A DNA stretch of 28,902 bases. Origin: a virus. Positions within the stretch are counted from its first letter, which is position 1, and each line of letters begins with the position of its first letter. Below the pieces are notes generated by a model. It searched no databases, was not told the DNA's origin, and saw nothing but the letters and a program-made list of their open reading frames with translations. The stretch lies in UHGV virus genome UHGV-1442816. One strand, written 5' to 3'. Positions 19,284 through 26,263 of this stretch are shown piece by piece. The position numbers were made by a program, and so were the translations under genes.

Positions 19284-19920
19284 GACGAAGGCGATCCGCT
19301 TCCAGAGACACTTTGTCAGTGGAGGCGAGCCGATGCTCTATAGATGCCTTTGTGAATTCCAGCGACTCAATGCGGGCCGTGTTACGGTGCATGGCTTTTT
19401 GCGCAGATGAAATTAGCTCGTGAAGATTATTGGCGGTATCGCCATCAGCTATTTCAAGCTCAGTCTGCCAGCGGCCAATATTTTCAGCAGCGGTAAGGTT
19501 CGCCGCACGCAACCAGAAAAGCTCATCATCAAGAGTGAGCGCCTGAGCATCCTCGGTAATGGCATCAGATAGAAGCATTCGGCGTCCATAGCCACCATGC
19601 TTCAATGCGTTCTGATTTCCGGGTCTGGAATTATAATGAGCGCGTTTCGTTTCTGGTGAGTTTGATGGTTTTGCGACTTCGCAGTTATCCACTAAGCCCG
19701 CTGGTGGCTTACTCTTTGCCACTTTCTCCTTTTGCGAATTCGCAGTTTTATTCGCACTTTTCTTTTGCGAATTCGCACTACCATTCGCAATTTTGATATA
19801 GCGCTTTGCAGTCGAGTAATTCAGTCCCTGCGCTTCGCACCATTCTTTGGGGGAAATGCCGGTTTTGGCATGTTCGGACAGGAACCGTTGCTGAAGCTCG
19901 CCCCAGTCCGGCTTTGCCAT
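19165..19920 (-). CDS. Terminase small subunit (putative)
   Basis: 251-aa ORF directly upstream of and overlapping the large terminase gene; central lysine-rich linker with internal repeats. Confidence 0.6.
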   Translation of the reverse strand: MAKPDWGELQQRFLSEHAKTGISPKEWCEAQGLNYSTAKRYIKIANGSANSQKKSANKTANSQKEKVAKSKPPAGLVDNCEVAKPSNSPETKRAHYNSRPGNQNALKHGGYGRRMLLSDAITEDAQALTLDDELFWLRAANLTAAENIGRWQTELEIADGDTANNLHELISSAQKAMHRNTARIESLEFTKASIEHRLASTDKVSLEADRLRRDAGVDDGNGDRDLNDFYSDIQTDPESGPKELLDDTGSK

Positions 19921-19976
19921 GAATATTTCCTCTTAATGATATTATCGAAGCCCCTCAGTGAAGAGCTTCTGTAATG

Positions 19977-20162
19977 TCAGTCCCGGACGAACGTAACCTT
20001 TGTGGTTATCATTCGCCGTACAAGGCGCGTCGCTTCGCGTTGCATTTCATCAATTACTTTTGGCGTCAGCGGCTGACGCGCATATTTGCGCTCAATCTCT
20101 GCAAAAATCCCGTTCAGCACCTCGCTGTCTGGTGGGATAACTTCAACGTTTAATCGTGCCAT
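19977..20162 (-). CDS. Hypothetical protein
   Basis: 61-aa ORF between the spanin genes and the small terminase gene; no recognisable features. Confidence 0.3.
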   Translation of the reverse strand: MARLNVEVIPPDSEVLNGIFAEIERKYARQPLTPKVIDEMQREATRLVRRMITTKVTFVRD

Positions 20163-20421
20163 CTGTTTGTCCTGCCCTGTTGTTCTCGAAAGTCCTGATA
20201 TCAGCCTTATCCCTGTTGCACTGTGCTAACGCTGACAACAACGCAACATTCAGGTTAAGGCTTGCTCCCCACGTAAACGGATCGGGTAAATCTGGCTGGG
20301 GTGTTTCAGCCGTCAGGCTGGCTGGTAATGGAACTACCGGAACCGGCACGTAGACCGTTCGCGTATTCGTGCAGCCGCTTAACTGCGCCAGCAGGCACAA
20401 CACGAACAGCACAATCATCAT
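20143..20421 (-). CDS. o-spanin (Rz1-like outer-membrane lipoprotein)
   Basis: ORF track gives 20143..20487; I start at the internal Met giving MMIVLFVLCLLAQLSGC, a lipoprotein signal with lipobox LSGC, followed by a proline-rich segment. Partly overlaps the Rz 3' end in another frame. Confidence 0.55.
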   Translation of the reverse strand: MMIVLFVLCLLAQLSGCTNTRTVYVPVPVVPLPASLTAETPQPDLPDPFTWGASLNLNVALLSALAQCNRDKADIRTFENNRAGQTDGTIKR

Positions 20422-20698
20422 CCGCAACAGCCACTTTGATATCTTTCTGGGTTCTCTGTGACTCCAGTGCGATCTGCTGTTTTGCATGCTGGTTAACCTC
20501 TATAACTGTATTGACGAGTTGCAGTGATTGCAGGACGTTACGGGTAATGGCTGTTGCAGATTCAGCATTTTGTACAGCCTCATCAGCACGTTTCTTTTCG
20601 TGCTGATATTTGCTGTAGTAGTGGTTGGCAGACCAGATGAAAGAACCAATGACAGTAAAGAAGAATGCAGCGATAACCAGCTTATAGCTCAACTTCAT
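20306..20698 (-). CDS. i-spanin (Rz-like), not lambda Rz
   Basis: 130-aa ORF with an N-terminal transmembrane helix and a charged, coiled-coil-like periplasmic region; start overlaps the endolysin stop. Confidence 0.6.
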   Translation of the reverse strand: MKLSYKLVIAAFFFTVIGSFIWSANHYYSKYQHEKKRADEAVQNAESATAITRNVLQSLQLVNTVIEVNQHAKQQIALESQRTQKDIKVAVADDDCAVRVVPAGAVKRLHEYANGLRAGSGSSITSQPDG

Positions 20699-21158
20699 TT
20701 ACCACCCCACCTGCCTCTTTAAACCGGGAAATCAGGTCACTGATTTTATGTTCATACTGACCGTAACCTGCACCGGGTAACGACGCCCAGATATTGCTGC
20801 AACGGTCGATAGCCTGACGAATATCACCGCGATCAATCATCGGCAAAGCGCCACGTTCCTTAATCTGCTGCAATGCCACAGCGTCCTGGCTTTTCGGAGA
20901 GAAATCTTTCAGGCCAAGTTGCTTACGGTAGGCATCCCACCAACGGGAAAGAAGCTGGTAACGTCCGGCTGCTGTTGATTTGAGTTTTGGGTTTAGCGTG
21001 ACAAGTTTGCGAGGGTGATCTGAGTAATCAGTGAATAGCTCTCCGCCAACAATGACGTCATAACCATGATTTCTGGTTTTCTGTCGTCCGTTATCTGTTC
21101 CCTCTGACCACGCCAGCATATCTAGGAACGCCTTACGTTGATTATTGATTTCCACCAT
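20682..21158 (-). CDS. R: Endolysin, lambda R-type lytic transglycosylase
   Basis: 158-aa translation [49 protein letters not shown]... matches lambda R over most of its length by my recollection, diverging at the C-terminus. Confidence 0.9.
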   Translation of the reverse strand: MVEINNQRKAFLDMLAWSEGTDNGRQKTRNHGYDVIVGGELFTDYSDHPRKLVTLNPKLKSTAAGRYQLLSRWWDAYRKQLGLKDFSPKSQDAVALQQIKERGALPMIDRGDIRQAIDRCSNIWASLPGAGYGQYEHKISDLISRFKEAGGVVNEVEL

Positions 21159-21465
21159 CTTCTACTCCGGCTTTTTTAGCAGCGAAGCGTTTGATAAGCG
21201 AACCAATCGAGTCAGTACCGATGTAGCCGATGAACACGCTCGTTATATAAGCGAGATTGCTACTTAGTCCGGCGAAGTCGAGAAGGTCACGAATGAACCA
21301 GGCGATAATGGCGCACATCGTTGCGTCGATTACTGTTTTTGTAAACGCACCACCATTATATCTGCCGCGAAGGTACGCCATTGCAAACGCAAGGATTGCC
21401 CCGATGCCTTGTTCCTTTGCCGCGAGAATGGCGGCTAACAGGTCATTTTTTTCTGGCATCTTCAT
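21142..21465 (-). CDS. S: Holin, lambda S-type, with dual-start motif
   Basis: 107-aa translation [39 protein letters not shown]... is near-identical to lambda S by recollection; Met1-Lys2-Met3 dual start is retained. Confidence 0.9.
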   Translation of the reverse strand: MKMPEKNDLLAAILAAKEQGIGAILAFAMAYLRGRYNGGAFTKTVIDATMCAIIAWFIRDLLDFAGLSSNLAYITSVFIGYIGTDSIGSLIKRFAAKKAGVEDGGNQ

Positions 21466-21860
21466 GTCTTACCCCCAATAAGGGGACTTGCTCTATTTAA
21501 TTAGGAATAAGGTCGATTACTGATAGAACAAATCCAGGCTACTGTGTTTAGTAATCAGATTTGTTCGTGACCGATATGCACGGGCAAAACGGCAGGAGGT
21601 TGTTAGCGCAACCTCATGCCGCCCGCTTTCACGAAGATCATGTGTAGAAGGCCGCAGCGTAACTATCACTGATGAATTCAGGATAGCCAGTGGCTACGGC
21701 TCAGTTTGGGTCGTGCTGTTGCTGGGCGGCGATGACGCCTGTACGCATTTGGTGATCCGGTTCTGCTTCCGGTACTCGCTTAATTCAGCACAACGGAAAG
21801 AGCACTCAATGCATTTAAGCCAAGCCCCATAAGGGAGAATGCTCTTACCTGTTGCACAGA

Positions 21861-21923
21861 TATAAAAAATCCCGAAACCGTTATGCAGGCTCTAACTATT
21901 ACCTGCGAACTGTTTCGGGATTG
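21861..21923 (-). terminator. tR' intrinsic terminator (end of 6S RNA)
   Basis: Minus strand reads AATCCCGAAACAGTTCGCAGGTAATAGTTAGAGCCTGCATAACGGTTTCGGGATTTTTTATA: long hairpin plus U-tract, matching my recollection of lambda tR'. Confidence 0.75.
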
Positions 21924-22056
21924 CATTTTGCAGACCTCTCAGCCTGCGATGGTTGGAGTTCCAGACGATACGTCGAAGTGACCAACTAGGCGGAATCGGT
22001 AGTAAGCGCCGCCTCTTTTCATCTCACTACCACAACGAGCGAATTAACCCATCGTT
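21864..22056 (-). ncRNA. 6S RNA-like late leader transcript (pR' to tR'), about 190 nt
   Basis: Interval between the predicted pR' start site and the tR' U-tract; no ORF. Sequence closely matches my recollection of the lambda pR' leader. Confidence 0.6.
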
Positions 22057-22062
22057 GGGTCA

Positions 22063-22091
22063 AATTTACCCAACTTTATTCAAAAAGTCAA
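22063..22091 (-). promoter_or_regulatory. Late promoter pR' (-35 TTGACT, 17-bp spacer, -10 TAAATT) with adjacent qut region
   Basis: Minus strand TTGACTTTTTGAATAAAGTTGGGTAAATT at 22091..22063, immediately downstream of the Q stop. Confidence 0.75.
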
Positions 22092-22133
22092 TATTATGCC
22101 GTTAATATGTTGCCATCCGTGGCAATCATGCTG

Positions 22134-22757
22134 TTAACGTGTGACCGCATTCAAAATGTTGTCTGCGATTGACTCTTCTTTGTGGCATTGCACCACCAGA
22201 GCGTCATACAGCGGCTTAACAGTGCGTGACCAGGTTGGTTGGGTAAGGTTGGGTATTAGCATCGTCACAGCGCGATATGCGGCGCTTGCTGGCATTCTTG
22301 AATAGCCGACACCTTTGCATCTTCCGCATTCTTTCTCAACAACTCTCCCCCACAGCTCTGTTTTTGATATATCAACCGCACGGCCTGTACCGTGGCAATC
22401 TCTGCACCTTGCTCCCGGCGTCGCGGCACTACGGCAATAATCCGCATAAGCGAATGTTGCGAGCACTTGCAGTACCTTTGCCTTAGTATTTCCTTCAAGC
22501 TTTGCCACGCCACGGTATTTCCCCGATACCTTGTGTGCAAATTGCATCAGATAGTTGATAGCCTTTTGTTTGTCGTTCTGGCTGAGTTCGTGCTTACCGC
22601 AGAATGCAGCCATACCGAATCCGGCTTGTGATTGCGCCATCCCCATAGCAGCCATCACATCAGTACCGGAAAGAGAGTCAGAAGCCGTGGCCCGTGGTGA
22701 GTCGCTCATCATCGGGCTTTTTGGCGAATGAAATTTAGCTACGCTTTCGAGTCTCAT
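22134..22757 (-). CDS. Q: Late gene antiterminator Q (lambda Q-type)
   Basis: 207-aa translation matches my recollection of lambda Q along its length, including the Cys-rich zinc-binding region (CRDCHGTGR...CGRCKGVG). Confidence 0.9.
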   Translation of the reverse strand: MRLESVAKFHSPKSPMMSDSPRATASDSLSGTDVMAAMGMAQSQAGFGMAAFCGKHELSQNDKQKAINYLMQFAHKVSGKYRGVAKLEGNTKAKVLQVLATFAYADYCRSAATPGARCRDCHGTGRAVDISKTELWGRVVEKECGRCKGVGYSRMPASAAYRAVTMLIPNLTQPTWSRTVKPLYDALVVQCHKEESIADNILNAVTR

Positions 22758-22942
22758 GGCCTTCCCCTTTTTCCCTGTTTGACCATCAGGACGCCGTTAA
22801 CTATTACGTGACGCTCGCCTTTACTGTCTCGGTTGTACTTGAGCACTGTTCCTCTTGCGTAGGAAAGCATCCTTGCCACTTCGGTCTGATTGCCTCGTGT
22901 CTGGATAAGAAGCTCTGGTATCGTTTGAATTGTGGCGTTCAT
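22754..22942 (-). CDS. ninH: NinH-like small DNA-binding protein
   Basis: 62-aa ORF with TIPELLIQTRGNQTEVARML...RGTVLKY resembling lambda NinH; ATGA overlap with Q start. Confidence 0.7.
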   Translation of the reverse strand: MNATIQTIPELLIQTRGNQTEVARMLSYARGTVLKYNRDSKGERHVIVNGVLMVKQGKRGRP

Positions 22943-23301
22943 ACGTTCTCCAGTTCGGTGATTTTTATTCCAAGCCGTCCGCCTGGTACTTTCACACCAC
23001 GAATTACGCGAATGTCATCGAATTGCTCGTCGTCTTCCGCAAATCCGGCGTGGATAAGGGAGTCGAGTAAACCTTTCAGGATGTTGTCGAGGTCGCGGCG
23101 GCGGGAATCTGGAACGTCTGCGATGACTTTGATGCGGAGTCGTGATTTGGTGAAAATGTCTAACTTGAGTTGGCGAATGATTTGCTGAACGTCTTTTCGG
23201 TATTTCTGGCCTTTATCGCTGATGTAGTATTGGCTTTCCCGTCTTCGCCAGTAGGTGTTCACCGACGGCGGGTACGGAAGCACAAACTGATATTCGTTCA
23301 T
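22939..23301 (-). CDS. rusA: RusA-type Holliday junction resolvase
   Basis: 120-aa ORF with LPYPPSVNTYWRRR..., DVPDSRRRDLDNILKGLLDSL and GGRLGIKITE, matching RusA signature regions. Confidence 0.85.
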   Translation of the reverse strand: MNEYQFVLPYPPSVNTYWRRRESQYYISDKGQKYRKDVQQIIRQLKLDIFTKSRLRIKVIADVPDSRRRDLDNILKGLLDSLIHAGFAEDDEQFDDIRVIRGVKVPGGRLGIKITELENV

Positions 23302-23576
23302 TGGACAAACACCCTCCCATTGTTAACCAATTTTTTAAGGGTAAGCACAATGGCCCGATCCATTTCAGCCCTTCGCTCTTCCCTGCTCATATCTCTCCCA
23401 TTATCAATTCTTGAATGACAATCAACACATAGCGCAGCAGTAAGGCAATCATCTACTTTAATCCCAACCCCCTTCCCTTCATTTCTGTGAGCGGCCTGAA
23501 CTCCGTATCTTCCGCAAAGAACGCAAAATTCAATATCCCTGACTGCCTGAAGCCATTTTTTGCTTCTAAACATCAA
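23298..23576 (-). CDS. Small Cys/His-rich nin-region protein (DUF1364 / YbcO-like, putative nuclease)
   Basis: 92-aa ORF with CVLCG...H...C...CVDCH pattern; located just upstream of rusA as in other lambdoid prophages. Confidence 0.45.
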   Translation of the reverse strand: MMFRSKKWLQAVRDIEFCVLCGRYGVQAAHRNEGKGVGIKVDDCLTAALCVDCHSRIDNGRDMSREERRAEMDRAIVLTLKKLVNNGRVFVQ

Positions 23577-24075
23577 TCCCCTCCAAAAAACGTCGGTACG
23601 CTGATTTGTTTTTTATGTTGCACACTGTCTGCGCACAAACACCAAATTCTTTGGCTATATCTCTGTATTTGCCTTTTGATTTATATATTGATTTCACTTG
23701 TTCTGGCGTTAGTTTGCAGAAGTGATGATTAAACCCATGAACAAGCAATCCGGAATCAAATCCATGTTTCGCATTTTCTGTTCGCGTTACCCACTCAAGA
23801 TTTTCAACTTTATTATTAAGTTTATTTCCATCCTTGTGATTAACTTCCGGTTTGCCATCTGGGTTATCAATAAATACTTCTGCAACAATTCTGTGAACCA
23901 TTTTATATGATGGTCTTTTCCCGCCACCTGGATACAGACCGACAAATGCATATCCTCCTGGTTTAATGCCATGAGATAATTTTTTTGATTTACGGCATGA
24001 AATGATGTCTCCATTTTCAGTTACTTTATATATACCCTCAAAGCCGGGGATATCTTTTTCTTTAACATCACTCAT
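23566..24075 (-). CDS. HNH homing-endonuclease-like protein (NUMOD4 plus HNH_3-like)
   Basis: 169-aa ORF with N-terminal GFEGIYKVTENGDIIS, central VNHKDGNKLNNKVENLEWVTRTEN (HNH core) and a C-terminal helix-turn-helix-like segment; conspicuously AT-rich. Confidence 0.75.
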   Translation of the reverse strand: MSDVKEKDIPGFEGIYKVTENGDIISCRKSKKLSHGIKPGGYAFVGLYPGGGKRPSYKMVHRIVAEVFIDNPDGKPEVNHKDGNKLNNKVENLEWVTRTENAKHGFDSGLLVHGFNHHFCKLTPEQVKSIYKSKGKYRDIAKEFGVCAQTVCNIKNKSAYRRFLEGIDV

Positions 24076-24244
24076 CGTCTTCTTCCTCGTACATTGAGCT
24101 ATTCGGATCGCTCATCAGTTCTGCGCAGCAATCTGAGCACACGTGAACTTCCAGCACATGCAGCTTCTGACCGCAGTTAGCGCACGTTAAAGCCCGCTCG
24201 ACGCTTTCTTTCTGGTATTGAAGGGATTGGGATGGGCTAAGCAT
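24068..24244 (-). CDS. ninF: NinF
   Basis: Below ORF-track size cutoff. Translation MLSPSQSLQYQKESVERALTCANCGQKLHVLEVHVCSDCCAELMSDPNSSMYEEEDDE matches my recollection of lambda NinF. Confidence 0.7.
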   Translation of the reverse strand: MLSPSQSLQYQKESVERALTCANCGQKLHVLEVHVCSDCCAELMSDPNSSMYEEEDDE

Positions 24245-24651
24245 TATTGGCGTCCTGCATCATGAGAAAGACAATCATGGCGGCGCGTAGTGGATTAGAC
24301 TGATGCTGAATTCCGAACTTTTGACAAGATGAAATCGCATCACACCACTCGTGATATTCGCCTTCATATCTCGTATCGGTACTATCAAACATTATGCTGA
24401 TTTTGTTTTCAGTGATAATTGGCCATGCGTCTTCAGGATTATTGCAAGGATTGAAGCAATTTCCGTTTGAAGCACGGAAGCCATTAATATCCCTTTTTTG
24501 CGTCTGCCAAATAGGACCTCTTTCGTCAGTGGGGATCTCAGAATCGAAATCTGCTTCGTCATCAGGTATGAAGAAATGCTCCTCCATATCTAAAGCCTCA
24601 CATACTCGCTTGTTAATTTCAAAATCACTTAACTGTGAATAATCCATTGTC
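24237..24651 (-). CDS. Nin-region protein (possibly NinX-like), unknown function
   Basis: ORF track gives 24237..24689; I favour the Met whose ATG overlaps the ninE stop (ATGA), giving [14 protein letters not shown]... (138 aa). Sits between ninE and ninF. Confidence 0.45.
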
Positions 24652-24826
24652 ATTTCCTCGCACGATGTCTTAGCCACCGGATATCCCACAGGTGAGCCGT
24701 GTAGTTGAAGGTTTTTACGTCAGATTCTTTTGGGATTGGCTTGGGTTTATTTCTGGAGCGTTTCGTTGGAAGGTATTTGCAGTTTTCACAGATTATGTCG
24801 GTGATACTTCGTCGCTGTCTCGCCAT
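24650..24826 (-). CDS. ninE: NinE
   Basis: Below size cutoff. Translation [58 protein letters not shown], with AGGAGG Shine-Dalgarno upstream; matches my recollection of lambda NinE. Confidence 0.7.
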   Translation of the reverse strand: MARQRRSITDIICENCKYLPTKRSRNKPKPIPKESDVKTFNYTAHLWDIRWLRHRARK

Positions 24827-24966
24827 ACGTCCTCCTTTTCCTGCGGTAGTGGTAAAACTCCTGTTGGTGTTCTTTCACACCGGAGACACCATCGATTCCA
24901 GTAAGGTTGATTTGGTCTGAAGCGGTTATCTTCTTTGCATTCACCGCACCGATCACATCGCATCAT
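24793..24966 (-). CDS. ninD: NinD (zinc-ribbon-like)
   Basis: 57 aa from the Met whose ATG overlaps the ninB stop: [34 protein letters not shown]... Overlaps ninE by 34 nt as I recall for lambda ninD/ninE. Confidence 0.6.
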   Translation of the reverse strand: MMRCDRCGECKEDNRFRPNQPYWNRWCLRCERTPTGVLPLPQEKEDVWRDSDEVSPT

Positions 24967-25403
24967 GCTGCCCGGTCTCCCCATCGCGCTTTCCATTCGA
25001 GAGCCAGTCGCGCTTCGTCTGACCACTTAACGCCACGCTCTGTACCGAATGCCTGTATAAGCTCTAATAGCTCCGCAAATTCGCTTACACGCATCCTGCT
25101 GGTTGACTGGCCTATTACCACAAAGCCATTCCCGGCAAGGTTAGGAACAACATCCTGCTGCTTTAATGCTGCGGTAAACACACACTTCCAGCTTTCTGCA
25201 TCCAGCCAGCGACCATGCCATTCAACCTGACGAGAGACGTCACCAAGGCAAGCCCAAAGCTTTCGGTTCTGGTCTAAGCTGCGGTTGCGTTCCTGAATGG
25301 TTACTACGATTGGTTTGGTTGGGTCTGGAAGAATTTGCTGTATCGCGTGAATAGCGTTTTGTTGATGAATGGGGCTTCTTAGTTCAAACGTTAGCTTCCT
25401 CAT
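24963..25403 (-). CDS. ninB: NinB (Orf-family recombination mediator)
   Basis: 146-aa translation is near-identical to lambda NinB by recollection (...[56 protein letters not shown]...). Confidence 0.9.
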   Translation of the reverse strand: MRKLTFELRSPIHQQNAIHAIQQILPDPTKPIVVTIQERNRSLDQNRKLWACLGDVSRQVEWHGRWLDAESWKCVFTAALKQQDVVPNLAGNGFVVIGQSTSRMRVSEFAELLELIQAFGTERGVKWSDEARLALEWKARWGDRAA

Positions 25404-25638
25404 TGCTCACCTTCTGCACGCATGGATTAATTAACGCCAAAATAGCTTCTGGTTTCTCAATAACATCGAACCGCTCACCACTTGTCATTCTTACAATCGT
25501 AATCCCGGCCTCAAATAGGGTTTCGATGTTGTCAGAGTTAACGTACAAGGGCTCATATGCACTTCTGGTGCTTTCTATCACGCCTGTGCTTGGTGGCTGA
25601 TAGATGCTGCATTGCATGGTTAATTTTATAAATGGCAT
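25384..25638 (-). CDS. Hypothetical protein in the position of lambda ren
   Basis: 84-aa ORF between helicase-side accessory genes and ninB; no lambda Ren similarity. Confidence 0.4.
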   Translation of the reverse strand: MPFIKLTMQCSIYQPPSTGVIESTRSAYEPLYVNSDNIETLFEAGITIVRMTSGERFDVIEKPEAILALINPCVQKVSNEEANV

Positions 25639-25642
25639 ATAC

Positions 25643-25963
25643 TCACTCCTTCACTTTGATTCCAGCAGCGCGGATGTTTTCCTCATAAGCATCCATTGCA
25701 TCACCGAAGCCATTGGAATAATCAACAGTAAACCCTTTGGCTAATGCTTCTCTGCTGTCGATAAACTTTGGCGCGGTTATTTCAATAGCTGATCGCGATG
25801 CCTGCCACGTTTGCCAGTGGCCTTGAACATCGTCCATCACGTATTGACCACCAATATTACCACTGCCAATTTCATGGTGATTTTCAGGGTAACGGATAAG
25901 GTCTGAGGATTCGCCTCCACGTCGCAACCAACTTTCTTCAAACTGCCTTCTTGATTCGTCCAT
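25643..25963 (-). CDS. Hypothetical protein
   Basis: 106-aa ORF, tightly packed with neighbours. Confidence 0.4.
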   Translation of the reverse strand: MDESRRQFEESWLRRGGESSDLIRYPENHHEIGSGNIGGQYVMDDVQGHWQTWQASRSAIEITAPKFIDSREALAKGFTVDYSNGFGDAMDAYEENIRAAGIKVKE

Positions 25964-25980
25964 CGGTACTTACCCTCAGT

Positions 25981-26187
25981 TCAACTCAAAAAACGCCACG
26001 CCATTTTTGCTACAGCGACAGGCATAACACCGATAATCACCCAGACAAATGCAGCGCCAAACAACGTATACCATGGGTCTTTACCGTCATTCACAAGACG
26101 AATGTAGCCATGCAGAACAATAAAAAACGTCAGAAGAATCCATCCAACGCCGACGCATTTGAGTGCGACGAGCATAAACTCAACCAC
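25981..26187 (-). CDS. Small membrane protein with two predicted transmembrane helices
   Basis: 68-aa ORF starting at GTG; hydrophobic stretches VALKCVGVGWILLTFFIVL and FGAAFVWVIIGVMPVAVA. Confidence 0.45.
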   Translation of the reverse strand: MVEFMLVALKCVGVGWILLTFFIVLHGYIRLVNDGKDPWYTLFGAAFVWVIIGVMPVAVAKMAWRFLS

Positions 26188-26263
26188 GATTTACTCTCCC
26201 CCAAATAAAAAGGCCTGCGATTACCAGCAGGCCTGTTACAAGCTCAGTGATGTAGATGGTCAT
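26180..26263 (-). CDS. 27-aa hydrophobic peptide, translationally coupled to helicase
   Basis: Not in ORF track. ATG overlaps helicase stop (TGATG) with AAGGAGG 7 nt upstream; product MTIYITELVTGLLVIAGLFIWGRVNRG is one transmembrane helix; its stop overlaps the start of the 68-aa gene. Confidence 0.35.
   Translation of the reverse strand: MTIYITELVTGLLVIAGLFIWGRVNRG

Noticed and set aside
21466-22133. 670-bp ORF-free interval between S and Q as a possible tRNA or toxin insertion site (as with stx in 933W-type phages)
   Set aside because: The whole interval is accounted for by pR', the 6S leader and tR'. I see no cloverleaf-like tRNA sequence or additional ORF.
22265-22631. Overlapping ORFs of 69 to 91 aa on both strands inside Q
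   Set aside because: Nested in alternative frames of the lambda-type Q gene; no independent start signals.
24076-24236. Apparent intergenic gap between the HNH gene and the 138-aa gene
   Set aside because: Not intergenic: it encodes the 58-aa NinF, missed only because of the ORF-track length cutoff.
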